Assembly (NCBI GenBank): GCA_963667175.2
Contig: CAXXXF010000011.1
Span: 32,001-96,000, forward strand
Reading direction: 5' to 3'
From: Candidatus Latescibacterota bacterium
Lineage (GTDB): Bacteria; Latescibacterota; UBA2968; GCA-2709665
DNA length: 64,000 bases
The position numbers were made by a program, and so were the translations under genes. Below, piece after piece: positions 37,704 through 47,484 of this stretch. The stretch's first letter is position 1. The number at the start of each line of letters is the position of its first letter. Below the pieces are notes generated by a model. The model saw nothing but the letters and a program-made list of their open reading frames with translations, was not told the DNA's origin and searched no databases.

Positions 37704-38692
37704 TCAAATTCCGACACAAGCACCGCCTCATCCCGCTCCGCGCTCTGTTTGGCCGCTTCGATGACGGCCATCGTATGCCGAACCGACCGGCCGCTGGCAT
37801 CGGGAGTACCCCCCTTCAGACAGCAGTCGGCGAACTCGCGTATCTGATTCCCCATCCCGTTGCCAGCGCTCCCGATCTCCACTTCCTCGCCATTGAGCAA
37901 CAGGCGCCCGTGGGTGAACGTCATCGATCCCAGGCTGCCCATGATGAACTGGTCATGCTGCCCGGAGTGGCAGACGACCGACTGCGACAGCACGCTTACC
38001 GCGCCATTGGCGTGGTTCATCACCGCCGTATAGGAGTCCTTCTGTCCACGGTAGCGGTCCGTACTCTCGGATCCCTGAGCGAAGACCCTGACAACCGGCG
38101 AATCCATGTACCAGTGCAGGATATCGTATTCATGCGGCCCGAAACAATACAGCACGCAGATGCCTCCGGCCTCCAGATCCAGGTACCAATGGGTATCCTG
38201 TCCCGGAGCGGGCGCGGGATTGAAGTTCCCCAGCCGGCGTCTGAGCAGATGCCCCACCCGGCCGATGACGCCGTCGGCGATGAGTTGCTTGACCTTGCGG
38301 CTGACGGGATAGTAACGCATCACCTGGCCGACCATCAGTACGCGGTTCGCTTTTTCGCACGCCGCGATCATCCGGTCGCACTCGTCGAGCGTCAGCGCCA
38401 TGGGCTTTTCGACCAGGACGTGTTTGCCGGCCTGTGCGGCGGCCACCACCTGCGCGCCGTGCTGGTTGTGCGGCGTGCACACGTGGACGGCCTCGACTTC
38501 CGGATTGTCCAGCATGGCCTCCAGGTTGGTATACGCCTTCGCGCCGAATTCGGCCGCGGCCGCCTCCGCCGGCTCCGCGTAAATGTCCATCACGGCCGCA
38601 GCTCTGATGTTTTCTGTTTCCGCGATGGCCCGCATATGCGATCTCGCGATACCGCCCGCGCCGATCATGCCTACGGATAGCACGTCGCCCAT
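37700..38692 (-). CDS. Gfo/Idh/MocA oxidoreductase
   Basis: IGAGGIA, GKHVLVEKPMA. Confidence 0.92.
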   Translation of the reverse strand: MGDVLSVGMIGAGGIARSHMRAIAETENIRAAAVMDIYAEPAEAAAAEFGAKAYTNLEAMLDNPEVEAVHVCTPHNQHGAQVVAAAQAGKHVLVEKPMALTLDECDRMIAACEKANRVLMVGQVMRYYPVSRKVKQLIADGVIGRVGHLLRRRLGNFNPAPAPGQDTHWYLDLEAGGICVLYCFGPHEYDILHWYMDSPVVRVFAQGSESTDRYRGQKDSYTAVMNHANGAVSVLSQSVVCHSGQHDQFIMGSLGSMTFTHGRLLLNGEEVEIGSAGNGMGNQIREFADCCLKGGTPDASGRSVRHTMAVIEAAKQSAERDEAVLVSEFE

Positions 38693-38753
38693 ACTCTTCC
38701 TCCCGAATCGCCGGTACAGGATTCTGCAGTCTTCGATTCAGACGCAAAACCGG

Positions 38754-39611
38754 CTACAGTACCATCTTCTTCTCGGCCGGCTCCAGGTTGTCGTAATTCC
38801 AGAGTTGCCTGCCCGCAACGACCTTTTTCAGGTTGCCGGCGCCGCCGGGCGCTTCGAGGCCGTACAACCCCAGTTTGCGGTCGAGCCAGGCGACCTCGAT
38901 GTCCGTCAGCTCCGCGCGCACGGCGTCCACGCCCAGCGAGGCGATCCGCCCGCCCACGTAGATCGTCCCGTCGTACATGGAATCTCCGAGATTCTCATCG
39001 GCGTCCCCCAGCACGATCATCCGACCGCGCTGCATCATGAATCCGGAGAGCATGCCGGTTCGGCCGGCCACCAGGATCGTCCCGCCCTTCATATTTATGC
39101 CCGTCCGCCCGCCGACGTCCCCCCTGCACACCAGGTCGCCGCCCCGCAACGCGGCGCCGAAGGACGATCCGGCGTTCTTCTCCACAACCACGGCGCCCGC
39201 CATCATATTCTCAGCGCAAGACCAGCCCACGCGGCCCCGGATTCTCACGTTCGGCCCGTCGATGAGGCCCACGGCAAAATAACCCAGAGACCCTTCGAAA
39301 TCCAGCTTCAGCCGATTCAGAATCCCCGAACCGAGCGAGTGCTTGGCGTTGGGGTTCCGCACCACGACGTGGCCGTAACCCGCTTCCATCAGCTGCCGGA
39401 TCTTCCGGTTCACCTCGCGGATCGACATCGGCGCCGCATCGAACGCCGCGCGCTTTTCAAAGTCCACCCGCAGCGACCGAGGGTAGACGAAATCGTCTCC
39501 GGCCTCGGCGCGGAAGAACACCCGGTTCGTCCGGTCCGCCAGCGGCTCGTCGTGCAGCCCCATCGCGTAGGACCGGTGCGTCTTATCACCGCCCGCTTCT
39601 AATTTCGCCAT
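38754..39611 (-). CDS. GXGXG-domain protein (MgsB/GlxC-like), second copy
   Basis: NPNAKHSLG, GSLGYF, AENMMAG, MKGG; N-terminal extension of about 50 aa. Confidence 0.85.
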   Translation of the reverse strand: MAKLEAGGDKTHRSYAMGLHDEPLADRTNRVFFRAEAGDDFVYPRSLRVDFEKRAAFDAAPMSIREVNRKIRQLMEAGYGHVVVRNPNAKHSLGSGILNRLKLDFEGSLGYFAVGLIDGPNVRIRGRVGWSCAENMMAGAVVVEKNAGSSFGAALRGGDLVCRGDVGGRTGINMKGGTILVAGRTGMLSGFMMQRGRMIVLGDADENLGDSMYDGTIYVGGRIASLGVDAVRAELTDIEVAWLDRKLGLYGLEAPGGAGNLKKVVAGRQLWNYDNLEPAEKKMVL

Positions 39612-40534
39612 ACCCGAACTTCTCCCGCGTAGGGGTCCACGGTATCGATTTCCTGGGGCAGGACCGTCCGGATCGCGACTTCCTCGGAGGCGAGCAGGGT
39701 TTCCCCTTCGCCTTCGTAGAGCACCATCGGCTTGGCCGCCATGGTGTCTTTGGCCATGCCCAGGCTGTCCGTTGTCGCGACCAGATAGGTAAACACGCCA
39801 TCCAGTTCCTGTACGGACCGCACCATCGCATCCTCCAGCGAAACCGAGCGATCCAGGCTGTCCGCGATATACACCGCGATCAGTTCCGAATCGCAATCCG
39901 ACACGAAGCGGTGTCCGCGACGCTCGAGGTCGCGGCGCATGGACCAGTAATTGGTCAACTGTCCGTTATGTACGACCGAGATATCGCCGAACGGATACGC
40001 CCAGTAGGGATGCGCGGAACGAATGTCCACGTCGGACTCTGTGGCCATGCGAACGTGCCCGATGGCGTGGGTGCCCACGAACGAACCCATCCCGTACTGC
40101 CCGCACACCTCGTTGGCGTCGCCCAGGTCCTTCACGAGTTCCAGCGCACTGCCGATGGACAGGACCTCCACGCCGTCCACGTCTTCGATGAAATCCGCGA
40201 AACGGCGCAGGTCCCCATCGAATCTGACGCGGTACAGGAACGCGTACTCCGTGGGCTGCTCGGCCTTGAGGATCTCGCCACCGAGCGACCCGATTCGCTC
40301 ATCCACCTCCGCCCGGCGCCGCGCGATCTGATCCTGGATTTCAAACCCGGACCCGAGGTCTTCTTTCTCTGCCGCCTTGAAACGCATCGCCAGCACCCCG
40401 GCGGCCGGCGGTCCGTATACCGCGAAACCCGTGGAGTCCGGACCGCGGTGCTTCATCGCCTGAAGCATCATGGTCATCTCGCTCCCGATGCGACCCGCCT
40501 TGTTCCGGTGGATAATCCCCGCGATCCCGCACAT
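39599..40534 (-). CDS. Class II glutamine amidotransferase (MgsA/GlxB-like), second copy
   Basis: MCGIAG, HRGPDS, GHVRMATES, VHNG. Confidence 0.88.
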   Translation of the reverse strand: MCGIAGIIHRNKAGRIGSEMTMMLQAMKHRGPDSTGFAVYGPPAAGVLAMRFKAAEKEDLGSGFEIQDQIARRRAEVDERIGSLGGEILKAEQPTEYAFLYRVRFDGDLRRFADFIEDVDGVEVLSIGSALELVKDLGDANEVCGQYGMGSFVGTHAIGHVRMATESDVDIRSAHPYWAYPFGDISVVHNGQLTNYWSMRRDLERRGHRFVSDCDSELIAVYIADSLDRSVSLEDAMVRSVQELDGVFTYLVATTDSLGMAKDTMAAKPMVLYEGEGETLLASEEVAIRTVLPQEIDTVDPYAGEVRVWRN

Positions 40535-40547
40535 ACGCGCCTCTTGG

Positions 40548-42029
40548 TTATGGCAGGCAATCCCAGTAGGTCTCCATGTCCCAGTCGGTCACCGTTGCCA
40601 GAAACCGCTCCCACTCGTCGCGCTTGTAATGCATGTACACGTCGTACATCTCGCCAGGGAGCGAAGACCGGATCACCTCGTCCCGCGCCAGTTCGTCCAG
40701 CGCATCGCCGAGCGTGGTGGGCAGCTTTGCGACCTCCTTGCCCTCTTCAATCGCCTCGTAGATATTGCGGTGCTCCGGTTCGCCGGGATCGATGTCCCGC
40801 CGGATTCCGTCGTCGAACGCCTTCAGCAGCGCGCCCGCCATCAGGTAGGGGTTCACCATCGCGTCGACGGCACGGTACTCGAACCGCCCCGGGCCGGACA
40901 CCCGTAGCCCGCAGGTGCGGTTCTGATACCCCCAGTCGGAATAGACCGGCGCCCAGAAACCCGTCTCCCACAGTCGCCGGTAGGAATTCACCGTTGAGCA
41001 ACCGATGGCGGTCAGCGCGGGCAGATGTTCAATCACCCCGCCGATGCACTGCAGGCCCGTCGGAGCCGGCTCCCGCCTGCCCGGAAGGGGCATGAACAGA
41101 TTCTCCCCGCCCTCCCTGTGCATGAAGACGTCCGCCATTCCGGGCAGCGTGGCATTCCCGAGCGGATTCAGCACGTCGTCGCCACCGCGCCAAAGCGATA
41201 GATTGTGGTGGCAGCCCGATGCCGAGACGCCCATGAAGGGCTTGCACATGAAACATGCGATCAGATCGTGCTCCCGGGCGACCTGCGCGCAGATCTGACG
41301 GTAGGTCGTGAGCCGGTCGCAGGTGGCCAGCGCATCGTCGAAGGTAAAGTTCAACTCCAGCTGTCCCGGCGCGTCTTCGTGGTCTCCCTGAATCATGTCC
41401 AGCCCCATCGCCCGGCCGTATTCGATCACTTTCATGACCACCGGCCGGAGGGACTCGAACTGATCGATGTGGTAGCAGTAGGGTTTGCTGAAACCGCCCG
41501 CGGGTTTGCCGTCGGGACCCTTCTGCAGCCACATCATCTCCGGTTCGGCGCCGTGGCGCATCTGCATTCCGTCGTGGTCCTGCGCGAACTGCGCGTGGAT
41601 GCGCCGGAGGTTGCCCCTGCAGTCCGCGCTGAGATTGCCGCCGGGATTTTCCAGCTCGTCCCGGTTGCGGAAGAGCGTGCAGAAGACCCGCGCCAGCCGC
41701 TTGTCCCACGGCAACTGCACGAAGGTCTCCGGATCGGGAATCCCCACGAGTTCCGACGCCTCGGGACCGTACCCGATATAGTTGTCGAACCGGTCCATGA
41801 ACAGGTTGGCCGTTGCGCCGTAGACAAGCTGGAATCCGCGGTCCGCGGTCCGCTCCCAGTGGTCCGCCGGAATGCCTTTGCCCACCACGCGGCCCGTCAC
41901 CGAGATAAACTGGTAGTAGATATAGGTGATGCCAAGCGCGTCGATCTTTTCGCGTACCTCGCGCACCCGCTCTTCCCGCCCCTCGGCATGGACGTAAGCT
42001 TCCAGATCCGTTGTGGCATGATTCGACAT
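40548..42029 (-). CDS. Glutamine synthetase-family ligase, probably gamma-glutamylmethylamide synthetase-like
   Basis: EPE, DHEDAPGQLE, SGCHHN, NSYRRL, NRT, FEYR; lies within an mgs/mgd-like cluster. Confidence 0.8.
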   Translation of the reverse strand: MSNHATTDLEAYVHAEGREERVREVREKIDALGITYIYYQFISVTGRVVGKGIPADHWERTADRGFQLVYGATANLFMDRFDNYIGYGPEASELVGIPDPETFVQLPWDKRLARVFCTLFRNRDELENPGGNLSADCRGNLRRIHAQFAQDHDGMQMRHGAEPEMMWLQKGPDGKPAGGFSKPYCYHIDQFESLRPVVMKVIEYGRAMGLDMIQGDHEDAPGQLELNFTFDDALATCDRLTTYRQICAQVAREHDLIACFMCKPFMGVSASGCHHNLSLWRGGDDVLNPLGNATLPGMADVFMHREGGENLFMPLPGRREPAPTGLQCIGGVIEHLPALTAIGCSTVNSYRRLWETGFWAPVYSDWGYQNRTCGLRVSGPGRFEYRAVDAMVNPYLMAGALLKAFDDGIRRDIDPGEPEHRNIYEAIEEGKEVAKLPTTLGDALDELARDEVIRSSLPGEMYDVYMHYKRDEWERFLATVTDWDMETYWDCLP

Positions 42030-42077
42030 TGACACCCCTTCCTCTCTGAAAATGGCGTTTCTGTCCGCGGATGCCTA

Positions 42078-42238
42078 TCAGCCCGTTGATAAAGTCCATC
42101 CGGTCTGCGTCCGGCCCTTGTCGCCGAAATACGGCGTTGCGCTCCCTCCCCGAATCCAGGGATTCGCGTCGGTCGCGCGCCTTGTCTTCGGCCACAATGA
42201 CTCGGCCTCGCCTGCAGAGCGACTTTTTCAACGGACTG
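42078..42238. mobile_element. 161-bp MITE with terminal inverted repeats, copy 2
   Basis: About 8 mismatches to 14061-14221 by eye; CTA on both flanks, the right CTA being the TAG stop of the soxG-like gene. Confidence 0.85.
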
Positions 42239-42919
42239 CTATTGGGACTCCAGTACCCGGACGGCGCCCTGGCCGACCGGCCCGATCCGGAGATCCGCCC
42301 CGGCCGCCATGAGGACATCCCAAAGATACGCCGCCAGCGATCGGGCCCCGAGGACCGAAAAGGCAGGCAGATCAGCCGCGTCGCGTCGAATGACCAGTTG
42401 GGTCGTCCTGGCGACGCTGGTCTGCTTCGCGGCGCCGTCGGGAAACGCGCCGTCCGAGAAGTCCAGACCGCACACCCGGCTCATCAACGTCGAAGCGGAC
42501 GTCCCCAGTACCCGGATCTCAGACCAGGCATGGGTCAGATTCGTCACCGTAACGAACCTGGCGGACGCCCGCTCCATCAGTCTTCTGCGAACCGCGATGT
42601 CCCGACCGGGGGTCGTGCTAACGAAGAAACAGTCGTCACGAAGCCGGTAAACGCGTTCAGAGTCAACCGGCGCCCGGCCGCCGACTGCCGCCGGCTGCGA
42701 TCCCCAGACCTTTTCCGCGTCCTCCCCCTCGACCCGGAGCTTGCCGTTGGCCGTCTCATCCGCCAGCCCCACGCCCCGTCTCGCGGCGGAAATTTCCGCA
42801 TCCGGCGTGGAATACGCTTCCGGAATCTGCCATCCGGAAGATTCCGCGAATTGCGCCCCGAGGTCCCGCGCCGTTTCGTGAAGTGGCGACAATTTCACCG
42901 GCGCCGCCCACGTGTTCAC
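42239..42919 (-). CDS. soxG: Sarcosine oxidase/NMG dehydrogenase gamma-like subunit (GcvT fold)
   Basis: SPLH..GWQIP..Y; ARSLAAYLWDVL; last gene of the BDAG run. Confidence 0.75.
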   Translation of the reverse strand: MNTWAAPVKLSPLHETARDLGAQFAESSGWQIPEAYSTPDAEISAARRGVGLADETANGKLRVEGEDAEKVWGSQPAAVGGRAPVDSERVYRLRDDCFFVSTTPGRDIAVRRRLMERASARFVTVTNLTHAWSEIRVLGTSASTLMSRVCGLDFSDGAFPDGAAKQTSVARTTQLVIRRDAADLPAFSVLGARSLAAYLWDVLMAAGADLRIGPVGQGAVRVLESQ

Positions 42920-45843
42920 ATCTGCAACCTTTCTCCGGCCGGGTCGTAGAAGGGACCGTGGTGGACGTAGGCTTCTTCGAGTTCACCGCCTCTTCGAATC
43001 TGAAACGGCGTTCCGGCTTCCGCGGCCACGTTCGCGGGCAGCCAGCACAGTCCGATGGTCTCTCCGAGCGCCGGACTGAAGCGGCACGACGTCAACCAGC
43101 CGATGATCTCCTGTCTGCCGTTCCCGTCCCGGCACACCGCCTGCAGACCTTCTTCCGGCACGAGGTCAGGTCGCGCCATCCTGAAGCCCACCAGACGCTG
43201 CGCCGTCCCCCGTTCCGACATCCTGGTCAACATGGGCTTGCCCAGAAAATCCCGCTTGTTCAATTTTACGACCCATTCCATATTCGCGGAAAAGGGATCG
43301 GTCAGCGCGTCGGTGTCCTGGCCGACGATGATATGCGCCTTTTCCAGTCGGAGCACACGCTGGGCCTCCACGCCGAACGGCGCGACGTCGAATTCCTTCC
43401 CCGCCGCCATCAGCGCCTCCCAAACGTGCATTCCAAAGGACGCCGGGCAGTGAATTTCGTAGGAAAGCTCGCCCGTGAACCCGATACGCAGAACCCTGCA
43501 AAGCACCCCGGCGACGCGGGTCGACCGGACACGCATGTACGGAAACTTCGGATTGCCCAGGTCCCGGTCCGTGAGTAGCTGCAGCACCTCCCTGGACCTG
43601 GGACCTGCCAGGTTGAACGCCGCGTAGGAATCGGTGAGGTTGACCGCGTGCACCCCGTCTCCCCAGCCCGACTGAGCCCACCATTGAATCCATTCGAAAA
43701 CCGTCGTCGCGCCCGTGGACGTGGTGCTCATATACCATTCGTCTTCCTGCACGCGGGCGCAGACGCCATCGTCGATCACCACGCCTTCGTCGTTGCACAT
43801 CACGCCGTATCGGACGCGGCCGACGCCCAGCTTACGCCACTGGTTGACGTACAGCCTTTCGAGCAATTCAGGCACGCCGGATCCAGTCAGCTGGATCTTC
43901 CCCAGCGTACTCACGTCCATCAGCCCCACACGCTCGCGCACGGCCTTCACTTCGGCGACTGGGTCCCCATAGTCTTCCGGGCGCAGCCAGAGGCCCGCCA
44001 CCATCATTCCGGCGCCCCGGTCCAGATGCCACTGATGCACGGGAGACACCTGAACGGGCTCCATGTTCTGACCGGCCAGCGCGCCAAGCGTTACCGGCGC
44101 CACAGGCGGACGCGACGTGGTTTTTCCCGTCTCCTGCACGTGTGTGCCGTTCGCCCGGGCACAGAGGCGCACCGTATTCATGGAGCACATCCTGCCCTGG
44201 CACGGACCCATCGAAATCGTGCTGTACCGTTTCAGCAGTTCGAGACTGTCGTACCCCTCGACGATTGCCGTCTGCAGATCCACGTCGGTGACGTCTTCGC
44301 AATAGCAGAGAAACCGCTTTTTCCTGCCCGGAACGATCGTACGTCCAGACGTCCGCACCGGTTCACCGGCCTTCCGGGCATGCAGGTCGGAGACCTCGGA
44401 CGCTGTGGGTCCGTCCCCGAAGCCCAGGAAGGCGGCGGCGCTTTTTCCCGCGATCCGACCCTCTTCCATGGCGCAGGCTGCCGTGCCGGCGCCCGCGGCG
44501 CGGCCCGCCACGAACATGCCTTCCGGCGCGTCCGTCGCCCGATGTTCCGATCGTTGCTCGTCGTAAACGGACTTCCCGCCCGCCATGTGGAACAATGCAA
44601 GGTCCGGCGTCCAGCCCATGCTCACCACAACCAGGTCGCATGGCAGGTTTCGCGTTGCGGATCGATCCGCCTCTCCCAACGGATCGATCCGGGCGACTCT
44701 GGCGGCCCGGACCCGCTTCGATCCAACGGCTTCCAGAATCGTATGCCGGAAATACGCGGGCACGCCGCGGGAGATCAACGCTTTAGCGGCCGAACTCGAA
44801 CACGAGTGCCGCTCATCCACGACCGCGGCGACGTCAATGCCAGCCTCCGCCAGGTCTACCGCCACGTCCCAACCATCGTCATTCGCGGTGAGAACCAGGG
44901 CCCGCTCTCCGGGCTTCACGCCGTAGAGATGGGCCAGGCGCTGCGCGGCGCTGCCCAGCATCACACCGGGGAGGTCGTTGTTGTCGAACAGAAGCGGCAT
45001 CTCGATGGCACCGGTTGCGACAACCACGGACTTCGCCCGTATCTTGAACAGCCGCGAACCCTTTACCGCGGCCAGCCAGTTGTCCTGGTACCAGCCCAGG
45101 ACGGACGTATCCGTGTAAACGTCGACATCCGGACGGTTCGCCACCGACGAACGCAGGCTTGCGAACCCGCCGGACCGGGACCGCGAGTAGCGCAGGCGAC
45201 CGCCCAGCGACGGCTCGACGTCGAAAAGCGCGACGCTTGCGCCCTGTTCCGCCGCCCCAACGGCCGCGGCCATCCCCGACGGTCCGCCGCCGACCACCGC
45301 CACGTCGGCGTGCAGGTACTCTTTGTCGAACGCGCCGGGCCGGGACGCGAGGTCCACTTTGCCCAGCCCCGCCGCTCGGCGCAACACGCGCTCGTAGGAC
45401 GGCCAGAGCGCGGCAGGCCGGATAAAGGTCTTGTAGTAGAAACCCACCGGCATCAGCGGCGCCGCCAGCTGGGTAAGGGAAAGCAGGTCGCGGTCCAGCG
45501 ACGGCTGCGCGTTCTGGGAACAAACGGCCATTCCCGTCTCGACGCGGCGCGTGCACGCCCGTACGTTCGGCTCGTCCCCGATCTGGACCAGGCAGTTCGG
45601 ACATTGACCCGCGCAGCACAACAGACCTCTGGGCCGGTGATACTTGAACGACCGGCTGAAGACCCGTACGCCCGAGGCGGCCATTGCCGATGCAATCGTA
45701 TCGCCCTCGTATCCGGTATAGTCCCGCCCGTCGAACGTAAACGCCACCCGCGCCCCGCGATCGATCACCTCTCCGCTACGCGGCGGGAGCCTGTGGGCAT
45801 CCGTACGGGAACCGGCCTGAGGACGGGTCATTTCAGTCGCCAT
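42916..45843 (-). CDS. soxA: Sarcosine oxidase/NMG dehydrogenase alpha subunit
   Basis: GDTIASA, SRSFKYHRPRG, VGFYYKTF, GGGPSG, GPCQG, DVSTLGKI, FTGELSYEI. Confidence 0.9.
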   Translation of the reverse strand: MATEMTRPQAGSRTDAHRLPPRSGEVIDRGARVAFTFDGRDYTGYEGDTIASAMAASGVRVFSRSFKYHRPRGLLCCAGQCPNCLVQIGDEPNVRACTRRVETGMAVCSQNAQPSLDRDLLSLTQLAAPLMPVGFYYKTFIRPAALWPSYERVLRRAAGLGKVDLASRPGAFDKEYLHADVAVVGGGPSGMAAAVGAAEQGASVALFDVEPSLGGRLRYSRSRSGGFASLRSSVANRPDVDVYTDTSVLGWYQDNWLAAVKGSRLFKIRAKSVVVATGAIEMPLLFDNNDLPGVMLGSAAQRLAHLYGVKPGERALVLTANDDGWDVAVDLAEAGIDVAAVVDERHSCSSSAAKALISRGVPAYFRHTILEAVGSKRVRAARVARIDPLGEADRSATRNLPCDLVVVSMGWTPDLALFHMAGGKSVYDEQRSEHRATDAPEGMFVAGRAAGAGTAACAMEEGRIAGKSAAAFLGFGDGPTASEVSDLHARKAGEPVRTSGRTIVPGRKKRFLCYCEDVTDVDLQTAIVEGYDSLELLKRYSTISMGPCQGRMCSMNTVRLCARANGTHVQETGKTTSRPPVAPVTLGALAGQNMEPVQVSPVHQWHLDRGAGMMVAGLWLRPEDYGDPVAEVKAVRERVGLMDVSTLGKIQLTGSGVPELLERLYVNQWRKLGVGRVRYGVMCNDEGVVIDDGVCARVQEDEWYMSTTSTGATTVFEWIQWWAQSGWGDGVHAVNLTDSYAAFNLAGPRSREVLQLLTDRDLGNPKFPYMRVRSTRVAGVLCRVLRIGFTGELSYEIHCPASFGMHVWEALMAAGKEFDVAPFGVEAQRVLRLEKAHIIVGQDTDALTDPFSANMEWVVKLNKRDFLGKPMLTRMSERGTAQRLVGFRMARPDLVPEEGLQAVCRDGNGRQEIIGWLTSCRFSPALGETIGLCWLPANVAAEAGTPFQIRRGGELEEAYVHHGPFYDPAGERLQM

Positions 45844-46123
45844 CGGCGCCCTCCCCGGCCTCGTCCGGCTGCCAGACGTTCGTCTTCAGGACTTCCTGTG
45901 TCTTCGTATGCCGTTCCGCCAGAAACCACAGGCCGCACCCCGCCTGGTGATACCACCACGCCTTCTCCACGCCCAGCCTGTTGTCGCGCAAATAGAGATA
46001 CGCGGCCAGTTCCGCGTCGCCGCAAGCGTCGGGGTTCGGAGGCCGGGGATTGAACTCACCCCCGAAGCGGAACTCACTGACGTTACGTTCGCCGCAATTC
46101 GGACAGGATAGGATCAACATCAA
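45833..46123 (-). CDS. soxD: Sarcosine oxidase/NMG dehydrogenase delta subunit
   Basis: CPNCGER..EF; YLYLRDN; HQAGC. Confidence 0.92.
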   Translation of the reverse strand: MMLILSCPNCGERNVSEFRFGGEFNPRPPNPDACGDAELAAYLYLRDNRLGVEKAWWYHQAGCGLWFLAERHTKTQEVLKTNVWQPDEAGEGADGD

Positions 46124-46192
46124 ACGCTCAGATTCCGGGTCCGCGCGGAAACCTGCATGTCCGCAAGGCCGACCCTGTTCGCCACTCGACCG

Positions 46193-47431
46193 TCAATGAC
46201 CCACCGACGCCGCGCCCTTTTCGCCGACCAGGTCGAATTCCTCGAACCTGGACAGCCGGAACGGTCGAATCAGGTCCGGGGTGCGTTCGCCGGCGATCAA
46301 TTCGGCCATGGTGCGCCCGCAGATGGGGGACGCCTTGAACCCGTAGGTGCCCCAACCCACGTCCACGAGAAAGCCGCGCACCGGCGTGAAGCCCATGATG
46401 GGACTATAGTCCGGCGTCATATCGCACAGCCCCGCCCACTGGCGCAACACCCGCACCCTGCTCAGGAACGGAAACAGTTCCAGCATGTGTCCGGCGATGC
46501 CCTCCATAAACGCCAGCGAAGAATCCATCGAGTAGGACGTATAGGGATCCACGCTCGCGCCCATCACCAGTTCGCCGCGGTCGGACTGACTGACGTACAC
46601 GTGCAGACTGCCCGACACGATGACCACGTCCAGAAACGGCTTCAGGGGTTCGGTGACGCACGCCTGCAGCGGAAAGGTGGTCAGGGGCAGGCGAACGCCC
46701 GCCATGTCGGCGATGGTCGACCCCCAACCCGCAGTCGCGTTCAACACCGTACCGGTCTTGATGTATCCCCCCGTCGTCTCCACGCCCACGACGCTATCGC
46801 CCCGCACGTCGACGCCGGTTAGCGCGGTCTGCTGGTGGATGTGCACCCCCCTCCGGTCGGCCTGATGGGCATAGCCCCAAACGACCGCGTCGTGACGGAC
46901 GATGCCTCCGGGAGGATGGTACAGCGCAGCCAGAATCGGGTAGCGGGGATGGTCGCTGACGTCGATGCCCGGGCAGAGCCTTTCGATTTCGTCGGGTGGG
47001 ATCAGCTCCGACACCACCCCCTGAAGCTTGTTCACCTCGGCCCGCCGGCGCATCGTGCGCACGGCCCCGTCGGTATGCGCCAGCGTGAGGTGCCCGCGCT
47101 GGCTGAACATGACGTTGAAATCCAGCTCCGTCGCCATCTGCTCGTACAGCCGCACGCTTTCGTCGTAGAAGCGCACGCCTTCAGGGGTCAGGTAATTGCT
47201 GCGGATAATGGCGGTATTCCGCCCGCTCCCGCCCGAACCGATGTACCCTTTCTCAATAACCGCAACGTCCGTGATGGCGTGCTGTGCGGCCAGATAGTAG
47301 GCGCAGGCCAGTCCATGGGCGCCTCCGCCCACGATGACCACGTCGTAACGGTCCCTGACGGGATGGGACCGCCACATCCTGGGCAACAGCCCGTTCCCGT
47401 TCAGCGCCTGCCGGATCAGCTTGAACGACAC
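46193..47431 (-). CDS. soxB: Sarcosine oxidase/NMG dehydrogenase beta subunit
   Basis: GGGAHGLA, GRNTAIIRSNY, RHDAVVWGYA, GWGTYGFKA. Confidence 0.9.
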   Translation of the reverse strand: MSFKLIRQALNGNGLLPRMWRSHPVRDRYDVVIVGGGAHGLACAYYLAAQHAITDVAVIEKGYIGSGGSGRNTAIIRSNYLTPEGVRFYDESVRLYEQMATELDFNVMFSQRGHLTLAHTDGAVRTMRRRAEVNKLQGVVSELIPPDEIERLCPGIDVSDHPRYPILAALYHPPGGIVRHDAVVWGYAHQADRRGVHIHQQTALTGVDVRGDSVVGVETTGGYIKTGTVLNATAGWGSTIADMAGVRLPLTTFPLQACVTEPLKPFLDVVIVSGSLHVYVSQSDRGELVMGASVDPYTSYSMDSSLAFMEGIAGHMLELFPFLSRVRVLRQWAGLCDMTPDYSPIMGFTPVRGFLVDVGWGTYGFKASPICGRTMAELIAGERTPDLIRPFRLSRFEEFDLVGEKGAASVGH

Positions 47432-47484
47432 GTCACTGTCCTTGATAACCCCGACGTGGTCCGGGACGACCCGGGGTTCCTCTT

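Noticed and set aside
43648-46053. 801-aa plus-strand ORF and other long antisense ORFs
   Set aside because: Shadow ORFs opposite well-supported genes, with no motifs.
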